DNA of 61,842 bases, the filler included, from Choristocarpus tenellus KU-1152 (taxonomy: Eukaryota; Protista; Phaeophyceae), in assembly GCA_964200185.2 (NCBI GenBank). It is 9 parts of 9 records of this genome, joined end to end, with 100 filler letters (N's around TTAATTAATTAA, not from the genome) between each part and the next. Parts side by side here need not be neighbours in the genome. Positions count along the whole stretch, not along the records: positions 25,169 to 43,215 come from CAXNAD020000586.1; 8 more parts are not named here. One strand, 5' to 3'. Below are positions 25,169 through 37,400 of this stretch, one piece after another (the first letter of the stretch is position 1; each line of letters opens with the position of its first letter). The position numbers and the translations under genes are program-made. The notes below the pieces were generated by a model, which saw nothing but the letters and a program-made list of their open reading frames with translations, did not search any database and was not told the DNA's origin.

Positions 25169-28100
25169 CAAGGTGCTCGTGGTGCGATGGGCTTGAGGAA
25201 GGGCCTTGGAACGTCTTAGACCTCCACCCCCACGAAGTCTTAGCACTGAGGTTCCATCCTGCGGCTTGGCCTGTGGCCTAGTCAGAATTGCCGAGCAGTG
25301 TTCAACAACAGCATTGGAGCTCTCCTCCACACATTCGTTTTCGACCCTCTGTGACTCCAAGGCTTGACCCACAAGGGGAGGAGTTCCTTGGTAGGGATCA
25401 ATCTCTGTAGATGCATACCCAAAGCTGTCATTGCTGCTAGCGATGCTATCATTGCTGCTATCCTCCTCCTCCCCCTCCATCTGCTGCCCTCCCCCCCTCT
25501 TCTTGATGTTGACATTCTCTACCTCTTTGTCATCCTCCTCATTTCCTGCCTCCTGCCCTTTCCCTTTTTCCAATGCATTCCACTCTTTCAAGCTCTCATG
25601 ATATTGCCCTCTCCTGTCCCTCTCAATATTCTTTTCTTTGTCCAACTCCTCCAATGGTTCCTGCTCCTCCTCATTCTCCCCTTCTCCCCCATTATCTGCC
25701 ACTTCCTCCTCATCATCACTGTAGCGCAGATGGACCGGTACAAACCCCTCCAGCTCCTTCTCTTCCTCAGAGTCCTCCATGATGTCACGCAGATCATGAT
25801 CACCCCCTGGACCAGAGAGCCACAACTCACCCTCAGTAAGGCCTGCCTTTTCAATCTCCTCCAATCTCTCTACCTCCTTGACCATTCTGTTCTCCATCTC
25901 TGAAAGCTTCTCCTCTTCCTCCTCCTCCTCTTTGTTACCCCATTCTCCAATGTCCCCCATTCTATCTTGCCTTTGTTCAGCAACATGCCTCTCATCCTGT
26001 TCTACCTCCCATTGAGAGCTGATTATATCTTCCAGCTCTCTATCCGTTGCCCAAGGGAAAAAAAAGGAGGGGGTGAAGGAAGGGTAGGTGCAGGGTAAGA
26101 TTCAATACAATCACAACTTGATCCTTAATGTAACACTAGGCTTTTATGATACCAAATCAGTTTTTCTCCAAGACTCATTAAAGCATCTGCACATTCCTTC
26201 CCTTATCCTTGCTCACTTGCCCCAGACTCACCTACCAACTGTAGTCCTATGATACCCCTAGAGTTGGGCACAAGCAGCAACAATACAAGATGCAACAACC
26301 TGCTGATACCTCTAATCTGATCTCCACAAGGAGGCTATATCAACCTTGAGGCCTAGTGCACACCAACAGAACGGTGCATATACTGAAATGAGTAATATGA
26401 TGCATTCGCCCTGCAACTTCCTCTACCCCTCTCAATCTTGAAACATACTACTCCAGAGTAGTAGATAGTAGCACAGCAATAGTTACGATTCTTACCACTC
26501 AAGGCTTTCTCCCATGTGCACTGCAGTTGTTGATCACAATCAGAGAGGAATGAATGGGAATGGATTATCTCAAAATGCAACACTTGACAATCCGCTATTG
26601 TCCCAAGTACCAAAACCAGACAATAACGGCAAATGCATTATACCACTTCTGCCATGCCGGGTAGTAGCTCCCACACCCCTTCCCCCCAAAAATGCCTCAG
26701 AATTTCACACCACCTCCGTCCAGAGTAACGAGGATGAGTGCTAGGGATGGACCAATTTTTCTTCTGATCTCCCCCCCAACTTCCCTCCAGTATGCTCGGA
26801 GTCAGTGCCCGCTGGGTGAGCTGTGCACACACACTGTCTTGTAGCTCATCAAGGCTCCTGAATGCAGAATTGAGGGAATCCAAAGGAAGGGTGGGGGGAA
26901 GGAGAGTGTACAACCAGAGAGGAAGCTAACAAAGGAAAATAAAGGTACTGCAGTATAATTCACTCTAGGGCACCATCTACTTGTTAGTTCTTGGGCAGGA
27001 TGGACCAATTATCACATTATCAGGAGTCAAACCTGTTCATACATGATATCTCATCAACACCAGGGTGAGAAAAGAAACTTAAATATGAATTTGTGGGAGA
27101 GAAGGGGGAAAGGGAAGCTGTAGAAGAGGTGTGGAACGAGGAGGTAGAAGCTGGGGCGGAGGTTAAGTCTAAACAGAGTTGGTTGAACTTTCAGGATCAT
27201 CATTCATGGCCATGATACACAAGAAAGAAGGTATCATACATTGATGTGTTGAAGGGTGAGTGAGGGGGAAAGTGGAGGAACCAAATGAGCCATGGGTTGG
27301 TCATTTATTGTTGAAAATCTTCAGGACATGTGGTACACACATGGTTGCAGCCATACTCATACGAAAATCCTGTAATTGATGCATTCGAGGAACAAATAGG
27401 TTATGTGGCAACGTTTGCTTTGTTGAGAGCAATAGTGCAGGTCCTCACCTCTTTAGACACACATGAATCAGTCACATCTCGCAACTAAATGTTTCAAGAT
27501 TTGTATCGTTTTGCCCACATGCTTAACCTCGTATCATACCAGACCACTACAAAAATTCTGAATTGGAACAATGACACATCAAGGCGGAGCAAAAAAAAAA
27601 GCTAATTGTCGGGAAGCCCAGAGGCTACTCACCCAAAGAGAAAAATATGAAAACTCTTCTGATGCACCGACAGGTTCTCAGTACTCAAGTGCACCCCTAG
27701 AGGATGCGTTCTGGCACCCTCAGCAACTTCTCCAACTTTGCGTACCTTTACCCTGACATCGTAACCCACAGTCACTAAACAGCAAATAATACATAAGCCA
27801 ACAGCACCCTCTCCTCCCCTTCAAGTGAGTCCCCTGTTGTTGACTCAATCCACACCTTGATAATGTGTATGAAGCAAACTAAGACTCAGACCTGACACCC
27901 CCAAAATAGTAGAACACATCACCCGTGTAGATCTGAATACATCCCAGCGCCCACCTGCAAGAGAGCTGAGACAAGACACACTCCTGGAAGTCAGATCCCG
28001 GGCTTCTCTTGTGTGTAGATGTATCTCCACAACCAAACCCACCGACGCCACGGACCATACTACCCAAAAGAGATGATGCCTGGGATGAAGGCCTACCGTT

Positions 28101-31100
28101 GTTTTGTTCCTCTCCTGCCCCCATTCCCTGGGAGCCACTGAGCCTTGAGGGATTTGGGGAGGCAGACCAGCCCCAACTCCTGGGATTCTTCTGGGTGGAG
28201 CCTCCAAAACAATCACTAACTAGCTGTCGCCGGTACCGTTGGCGCTGTTTTCGAGTCTGTGACCAAGGTGCCTCCAGGCCATAAAGCACCTTGTGACCCA
28301 ATCCTTGCCAAGTATCATCTCCTTCATCACCCTCACTCCCCCTCCCTTCGCCCTGCCCCTCTTCCCCACCCCCCCGTTGCTCCTTGTCCTCTTCAGTGTT
28401 GTCCTTCTCCTCCTCTTCACTGCTGACATAAGTACCATTGCTTTCCATGTTGCCCTGGATGGAGATGTTTCTGTATATGCTGTGCCCTGTACCTCCTCCA
28501 TAGCTGACTTCACCCCTCTGTTCATCCTGTTCATCCTGTTCATCATCCATGGTATCTTCCTCTTCTTCTTCCTCCTCTTCTTCTTCCTCATCTTCTTCCC
28601 CCTCAACATCTGAGTAGAAGCGCTCATTATGTGTTTGAGTGGTGAGGGATCGCTCTGCAGCTTCTTCATCACGCTCTTGCTGCTTCTGCCACAATTTGAT
28701 GGGAGTTTGGGATTACAAAAAAGGGGCAGGGAGAAGACAAAAATGTGGATTGATGGGAAAAATGTCAAAATCCTGCGAACTATATGATGGACACAGTGTC
28801 CCCTTGCAATAACTTTGGGAGCATGTAAAATTGTATGAAAGTGATTTAGTACTTGAGTAGTGGTGCAAAATAACTCTGTGGTCCTCAATCTCAGACTTCC
28901 ATTGAATTACAGTGACTGAAATTCAAGATCCAACATTGATCATGTTACCCATTTAAATACAGCTCTATGTTACTTGACTTCCACTAAACCAGAAACGCCA
29001 AAAATTGAATGTTGGGACTTGGGTATCACATTCAGTGGGATGTAGTCCAGGTTGGCACAATGAAGTTTGCATCATTTTCCAGGATAAAATTCTTTCTGAA
29101 AAAGAAACATTCCAACGGTCACTTGAACTAGAACACGGAACAATAAAAAAACGCGGACGAATGGGTCCTTCAACATACTGAGTTTAGACCACGCACATAA
29201 CCTTGCCGTACAACACGGAGATAGACCAGGGGTGCTTTGGAAAGCAAATGATATCAGCAACATATTCTGAATTTCTGTTTAGTTTGGTAGATACCATTTC
29301 GACTTCAGGGAAGATTCCAATACTTTCGAAGAATAAGAGACACCCTTGGGGAGATTTTTTGGGAACTTTCCTGACCACTACAGACGTGTTTCTATGACTG
29401 AGAAGGAAGCTTACATAACCAGCATTACAATGGACCGCTGGTCAATCTCCAAATCATTCAGCAGCAACTTGAATACTGAAGGTTTTGTCGGTCAGAGAGA
29501 AGTCACTGTATTCAAGCAGAGGGTTATTGCTCCCGACTTTGTGAGTGTGTGGAAATGCTTGAAAGGGAAGATTGGCTTGCCCGCAAAGGTTGCTATCTCC
29601 CAGTGGATGCTCCCGCCACACAGGAGAAACATTGGCATCAATACTCTCGCGCGCACACACACACACACATACACATCCTAAGATCACTTACACCTCTGTG
29701 CAACACAGCAAATATTGTCATGACAATAAATAATGAAATTGAGAGCATAAGGAAGTTTGGAGGGCAAAGGCATCCTGTTTGTTCAGATGACAGATAGCCT
29801 GTTGTAGTGGTGTAAATTTGTCCTCTACACAATATCCCCCCACCCTCAATTGTGACACTGCCAAGCAGGCAAAGACTTCACGCCTACAAAAAATACTTTG
29901 CCACTGTCTCCAACTTCCTATCTAGTTTTGTACCCCTCTCCCTTTGTCTTACTGCCACCTTCCCTGCATACGTCCTCTACAATGTGCCCCTAACTCCCCC
30001 TTCATCTTCCCTCCATTTTCCACCCCACAGTAGGGGGGCAGTTATGCATATTTCCACCCTTCACTCTTGTCTATATAATTATCACCAACCTGTGTGGCAG
30101 CTATAGCCCAAGGGCTATCCTGTGCAGATGCGACTCCTTGAGAAAAAGATTCTGACACACGCCTAGCATACTCGTCTGGATGCAATAGTAAGTCCTGAGA
30201 GCTATGCTGTGAGTCTTGCCCAATCTCTTCCTCGCTTCCCTTTTCCTCCTTGGAGTCTAGGCTCTGTCCCCTGCTTACCTTCACCTCCACACGCAGTTGT
30301 TGCAACACTCCGAGTAGCTCATCCTCATCCCTCTCACTGCCATTCTCTTCCTCATTCACCTCACCCTTGCCCACCGCGACCTCACCGTCACCATCAACAC
30401 TCCCGGTTGCTAACACGAATGTAGATCGTCCTTCATTCCTTGCACAAGGAGTGACAATAACATCATCCATCCTTCCATCCCTCCAGTTCTCCCCCCCTTC
30501 TCCACTCCTCTCCTCCCCCTTCTCCCTCCTTTTCTCCCTGGCAACAATGCTGGCAGCAACATCATCACACGCTTTTCTAATTTCTACCGGAAGCAACACA
30601 GGAGGTGGACACCAAGGTTCCTCTCCATCATCCAGGGCCAGCCCTGGTGGTGCCGAGAGCTGTGAGCTGTTGGCACCAGATGCTCTGGCTCTGGCCCTTT
30701 CCTCTTCCCACAGCTCACCCAAGCTGGCCACTGCCAAGACCTTCCCCCCTGGCTGCTTCCTGCGGCTCTCCTCCAGCAGTCCTGGATTGAGTAGGTCCCC
30801 AACCGTTGCTACCAACTCCAGCTCACAGGTTGTCTGGCGTTCCCACCAATATGTTTGCTGTTGTTCCCCTTTAGGTTGAGGGTGCAGGGGTAGGTGTGGG
30901 GGGTGGAGCCCGGTGGGACCAGTGGGAGCGACAGGGTCACCAGGGTAAGGTGGAAGGATCTGATTTGGTAGGCCACTTGGTGGTGGTGGTCTTCTGGTGG
31001 TGGTGCCATGGGTGACAGATTCTTTGGTTGGAAGGTTTCTGCCCGGGGTAAGAGGAGACTTGGAAGGTGGGGCTGTCTGGGAGAACAGTTCTGCAATGCT

Positions 31101-33934
31101 GATGCCTGCAAGCACTTCATGGAGAGGCTGATCTCATAGAGGCACAGGATAGGGAGCCAAGCAGATAAAGTTACTTAATATTGCTAATAAGCAAAGTTGA
31201 GGTTGGGAGGAGAGGGAGGAAGGGGGTGGGCAGTGGATACGGAGGACAAGATGAAAGAATATGCAGGATCATATGGATAAACAAACACAAACACAAACAT
31301 GCACTCCTGACAGAGAGAAGCAGTACAGACAAAAGATTGATGTCTGGTGTGGTTTCAGTCCAGAGCTGAAAGAACATAAACCCCTTCCACCATTGTCAAG
31401 CCTTTGTCCACCTCATTAGATATATTCTAAGGCACAGGGATGGCGTGACAAAAAAGATCAAAGGATTTCCTGCCTCTGGCACCACAAAACCATGAACCCT
31501 CCTTCTCTCCCTTACACATTCTTGTGATGCTCTGGTTCCTCTTACCTGATCCTCCCCCTGCTCTATGCCTTCCTCTGCTGCTCCAGCATCTCCCACTCCA
31601 TGCTGTTGTTGCCTTCCACCTTTCCCCTCACCTTCATCTTCTTTCCTACCTTCTCTACCCTCTTTCACTCCCAGATCTCCTCCAACACCCTCCCTTGGTT
31701 CCTTTCCCAGTCTCTGTCTTTGTACCTGGTTCAGCGGTGGCTTAGTATTAACCCTCTCTCTTTCTCCCTTCTGTGGTCCGACTGGTTGAGACACAACTCT
31801 TGGATATGCCTCACATCTCCCCCCACCTTTCCCCTCTTTCCCGCTCACAACTGAGCTCTTGGGCACTGTTGATTCGAGGAAGATCCTTCCTGAGCCACTG
31901 GCATAACCCTTCATTGTGATGGCAAGAGATGTTGCAGTGTTTGGGATACATGGAGGTTTAGCCTGTGGGAGTTGGGCCAGGGGCTGTCGTGACTGCGGCT
32001 GGTGCTGGTGTAGTGGATTTGAACTCACTCCAGGAGCAGAAGAGCTTGTCTGTTGTGGGAGTGGGTGGAGGAAAATTGCATTCTTGAGATGCACATAGCT
32101 CATCCCTGAAATATTGTAGTCAACAAACACCTGGGCAAGGATGTAACGGGTCGGAATGGAAAAAGCAAAGCCTCGGGATGGGACTGGGACCAGGATCAAA
32201 TCAGAGGTAGATTTGAGTTGGTAAAACCTGGAGGTGCAAGGTAAAGGGGATGAGGTGAAAGGAGATGCAGACTGGGTGTGTACAGAGGAGGAGATCAGCA
32301 ACCCTATCAAGCATTCTGTGTAACCATGATCGCAATGGCAACCAATAATATAGGTAGGATACACGATCGATAACCCTTTAATCATGTTGGCAAGAGTCAA
32401 ATCCACAAACTTACAGGAGTAGACCATCCTAACCAGTGGTAATCAATCATTGCACACAACAGAACTACATTTAGTCCCAAAACAAGTCCAACAACAGGAC
32501 AGAAATCACCCTCTATAATTTGACAGATCATCCCCCATCCATTACTATTACTTTATACTGAAGATATCGGGTTCCTTAAAGCAATCCCTGCCAAAAGAAA
32601 TAAATGTAATTTCTACATACTTAATTCCCAGTTCTGACACGCATACCACCTAAATCCTAGACACCTTTTACCTACAGCACACCGGACCTGTAGCATGAAG
32701 GGGATGTGGGACTCATATGGCTGGAAAGGGGTTGAGAGCACGTGTCCTGCCTGAAGCAAGGATGCCAGCTTGCCCACTAGTGCAGGGTTGTTGACCATAA
32801 CCTGTTCTCCGGCAGGTGTGAGTGAGAGCCAGTACAAAAATGCATTTCAAGAGACATGACGTCACATCGGTTCTGTTCTTGAAAGTTAAAGATACTGAAA
32901 AGTATTGAGGATACCAACCTCCCACCAGAATTGGAAATAATCGTGGATTAAAGTGTACACTAACTTGGAAACGTTCCGGGCAGGTTATGAGTTCAGCTTG
33001 TGATGGCTAGGCAGATCGGGATCTATCTTCGGAGGAGAAGGCCATCTACTAGTGAGGTGGGAGTGACAGAGTGGAATATGGTTTGCACATTTGAGCATTC
33101 TGGTGCAATTCTTGCCTCTGAGGTTCCACCAACTTGCCAATATCTCATACAGCAGCATCAAATCCCACTTACCAATGCTTAATAGGTATACATAGCAACC
33201 GACCATTTTCAAGGAGATATTTGTACCAGAAGGATTCGTCACATTAGAACTGCATTGACATAGACATTGAAGTTGTATTGGCCGACAAAAAGGGTGATTT
33301 ATATCAATGTCACTCTTGCATACACTTACCTTGACAAAAAGCTGTTCCTCGTGGCTATAGCCGTAAAATGGCACACCCCGAACCACCTCCAGTCCAGCCA
33401 CAACTCGATTGAGCAACGAGGATCCTGAGGAAGTACCGTGTACTCTTCTTGGCGCCGATCCTGTCCGAGCTACGGCCATTGCTGCTTCCATCGCCCCCTC
33501 TAGCTCCGGTAGCAGCCCGGCAAGTGCGAAGGGACTCTCGAACTGTGCTGCCACCCCCACAACCCTGTCACCCTCTATGGGACGTATCATGAAGTACGGC
33601 AAAGCCTGCCAGCAGAGAAGGGTATGGGGCTTTGGGTTATTGAGGTTCACACAATGTCTCGAGTTATGGTAAAGGAACATTTGGTTATCCTTGTCTTGCA
33701 TCTTAGGATGAACAGGGCACAAGATTGGGAGTTGGACAGAGCTTTGGGGATTAGCAAGACTCAAGACTGGAATTGCAATATTTCCGACCGTTCCAGCCTC
33801 ACCCCGTGTAGGTGCAAGCAAGCCTTCTGCCCCGCGGGAGTGGGTCCAAACACTCGGAGAATGGGAACCCTGCTTTCGTCGGAGAGATACCAATCCACAT
33901 TCACAACACGGATTGACACGAAGGCCGTTTCCAT
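25169..33934 (-). CDS. REV3: DNA polymerase zeta catalytic subunit REV3, N-terminal part (polymerase core lost at the contig edge)
   Basis: Eight phase-compatible GT-AG exons: 33934-33803, 33605-33330, 32801-32688, 32130-31815, 30868-30090, 28685-27892, 26857-26714 and 26039-25169. REV3 NTD motifs: [60 protein letters not shown] and RQTTCELE, followed by a long acidic low-complexity linker. The exon 4/5 boundary is less certain. Confidence 0.92.
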
Positions 33935-34450
33935 TTCTTTTTGTCGGCCTGCTGACTGTCCAAAGACACACAGCAGCAAGATACGAAAATGAAACCAATT
34001 GAAGTCACATCTCAACTGGGGCTTTCTGTCCAGTTGTCATCGTCGACTCCGAGCTGGTACATCACTTGGAGGAGGTGGTATTGTGTTTTGGAGGAGAACA
34101 ACGCAAAAGAGAGTAGGTGAAGGATTTGAAGGTCACTTTTATTGTACGAAAGCCTTCGAATACTGTTTCAAATTTGAAAAACGATTTGCCATATATACAT
34201 ATCAAATACTGGTATAGAGGAGAACAGATCTACGGAGGGAGCTAATCATGATGCATGTCACATCTATAAAAGTTGGGTCGGTCGCTATCCAGGTCACTGG
34301 TGAGGCGGTCGACAATGAAGATCATGTGAGGCATCAATAGTTTCATGGCCTCAACCCTTTCGTTGATGTCCTACCCCTCACAACAGTAAGGATTATAGTA
34401 CTTGGGCTCGACCAAATTGCAATGCCCCAATGCCACCCTTCTTATAACAG
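33935..34450. promoter_or_regulatory. Probable bidirectional promoter region of REV3 and Rad5/HLTF (may include a short first HLTF exon)
   Basis: Only ~0.5 kb separates the REV3 ATG (33934, -) from the first HIRAN exon (34451, +). CpG is retained here, unlike in the HLTF intron sampled. Confidence 0.55.
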
Positions 34451-37400
34451 GAAGGTGAAGACGGCGAGGTTTTGTATGGAAGGGCCAGTCTATTGATCGT
34501 GGGATGTAAATACTACAGGTGAGCAAGCATCACAAAAACCAAAAGTGCTTACAATGGCCCACAGTTGTAAAGTCGTGTTCACATGAGGTAAGAGTTTTAT
34601 CCTACTACACTACAGATAAGCTTATTGGGCATCTTCGGTTGGCCAGCCTCTTCATGATACCTACCGAAACCCAACTCAATGTTGCAATAAATTGAATTGT
34701 AATTCAGGATTCTAGTCATGAGCTGCTGCTTTAACACTGACTACTACTCCACTTATTTACGCATGTGTGGGAACGTTGGGTCGTATTGTCGCACCTTGAA
34801 GTAATCGGAAATCTGGAGCTCAATTTCTCCATCCTGTGGCATGGGGGATGTCAAGCACGTCTAGCACATTCACTAAACCCACCTTGGTATATCGTACTAT
34901 AATGTATAAATTACCGTTATGGTGAAAATCTGCGTATATGCAGTTTCAATTGCAAAAGCTAGGCCCGTGCTCGCCATTGACGTAGAAATTCGTCTAGGAA
35001 ACACGCACTGAGTCCATTGGCCCCCAATATCTTATGTGATCCTTATCCTGTGCAATACACAACTCCTTCAAGACGAATACTGGGACCACAGCTTACCCCT
35101 TCACCATACTACTGCATATTGGTTGCACCGGATTAGTGCTGTGGTTATGCATCGATTCTTCTCCTTCCTTTTGCCTACGTTAGCGGAAAATGAGTTGTTG
35201 CACTCAAAACCCTTCCTGCCCGACCATCTCCTATCCCTTCCTGTGCTGAAGAGGTGTTGCTCACAAAGGCGAGTATGTCTCTCTGGTGCGTGAACAAAGG
35301 AATCCATATGACAAGAATGCCATCCGTGTCGACAATCTTTCCAGGTTGCAGGTGGGGCGAAAGGGTGCGTAAGGATTTTAGCTTTGTGTGATTCAGAGGT
35401 GGTTTGGTGTTGGTGTGAGAGAGACACTATGGCATGAGGAGGACTGGTTTGAGCCTACTTGCTTGAGTCGTTTTGCAGTAATTCTTTGTGTCAACAAAGC
35501 CAGCAGTCTGCAGTGATGCACTTCATAACCCCGCCAATGGTGTTGATATTGTTGGTCATGTAGGAAGGTGTGCTCTTTGAGCTATGTAGTGTATCATCAG
35601 GGTCGAGGAGTCGAGGGCTACTTGAGTAGTGATGTGTGACTACAGGAATGTGGAGTTAAAGTTGCAATCCTCATCTTTAGCTCAAGAGGGATGGGCTGTT
35701 TGGACAGTGGAGTGCACTGGGGGGATTTCATGTCTTCGGGAGATCACACTGTCCTAGGGACCACTTAGCCTGCTAGGAATGCTAATATTGTGTGAGAAGC
35801 ATTCAAAGAGGACTCTACCAGGGAGCTTCACACTTGAACCATCCCTATCCTCAACCCTAACACTAACTCATATGCTGTTTGTGTGTCAAATATGTGTCTA
35901 TCCATCTAAAATGCAAACCTTACAAAATCTTCTAGGGCCTCAATGTGTTGGGGTTTTCTGGCATTCCAAATCGGACACCCTAGACAAGTACTCCAAAGCC
36001 TCCACAGGTCTCAGCAGGCAGAGTTCTGATGACATGGGCAGTGAAATGTGTAGAGGGTGAGAACAGTGACACCTTGTGATGAATATCATGTGTTCCTGTG
36101 ACCTCAGACATGATAATGTGATTATAATTATCATGGAATGTCCAAAAAAATCAGTTCAGGTGTTGAGTTTTTCCAATGATTCAAACCGAAGGTGATTTAC
36201 CTGTCATGATTCACAACACTAGTATATACACAAGTAGACCCATGAAAAAGACCTCAGCATTGACTCAGGATGTGTGTGCCTGCTGCATAGTGTGTAGTGC
36301 ATCCAATTTCAAATGCTAGAAATTTTAACACACCAAGGCTATAGTTTATTGGGTAGACTTTTTGTTTCTGTTGTTGGTGCTGTATCCTTACTGCCAATAC
36401 TCCCCTCTGTCTACAACATCACCTGTTCATTCATGTTTGCTGTTTCAATTTTGACCTACTGTAGGTGGGTATCAATTTCCTCACATGTTGAGATGTAGGA
36501 GTTCATTTGGAACAGAACATGAGATTGGGTGCACTAGGAGACGTGGAGGTCTAGTTGCTAGGGGGGCAAGAAAGACAGTGGAAAGTCCACATTGTGTTCA
36601 CCCTTACCTCCAAGTCCAAGCCGCAATGTCCTTTCGTGAATGTACCTCGAGATGTTGTTGCCCACTCTTACTCCTACCCACTGATCAACTGCTGTAATAT
36701 GTTTCCCCTTCTACATTTACCATGGCGAGGAAATCACCATCATCCCTCATTGTTCCTCCATGTCCATAACCATCTTGTCAACCCTAGGTGAGACATATCA
36801 AGGCCCCAATGGCTGCAGCACTGGCTCCAGTTCTGGACAGTCAAAGTGCCAGTGCACCAAGGGTTGAGGCCATGGTCACAGCGTATGGCACTGGCATGTA
36901 CACCTTGCCAGTTATGGTTTATTTCTTTGGCCCTCCTGAAGGTGCCAAGATCACTCTCAAGTTCCTTCAAAGGCGAGTGTCTCACTCTGTAGGACTACAT
37001 ACGATAGTCCTTATCCTCATGCATTGCTTCAAAGTCCCTTCCTCAGCTGGAGAAGAGTTGAGTACCTGCCAAACTCGCAGTAGGGAGAGGTTTTTGAGGG
37101 ATAAGATGAGGGCACTTGGGTGTGTGTTGGAAGGTATTTTTCAACCCACAGCAACATGCACTCGAGAATACATGAATACACACATTGGGGATGCCCCTTG
37201 ATTTCCTCCCTCTTGTTAAGTCTAAGCAGTATCTAGTTGCAACCTTTGTATGTTAAAGCATTTCCATTTTGTTGGCTTTGGGAGGGCGTTGTGGGTTAGG
37301 GTGAGGTGGAGGGACCTGAGGTGACAGATAGTGAGTCATATTTTGAGGATGACAAAATGAGAAGAGGTGGAAGCTGCAGAGGCAGAGCTCGCATTACGAG

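Noticed and set aside
25244-25268. PQDGTS as a Taspase1 site in REV3
   Set aside because: It lacks the hydrophobic residue between Q and D and the downstream acidic residues of the Q-[FILV]-D/G-x-D-D consensus.
25364-30879. Long plus-strand Leu/Ser/Phe-rich ORFs (25364-25903, 28293-28613, 30250-30879)
   Set aside because: They are antisense shadows of the purine-rich acidic REV3 exons.
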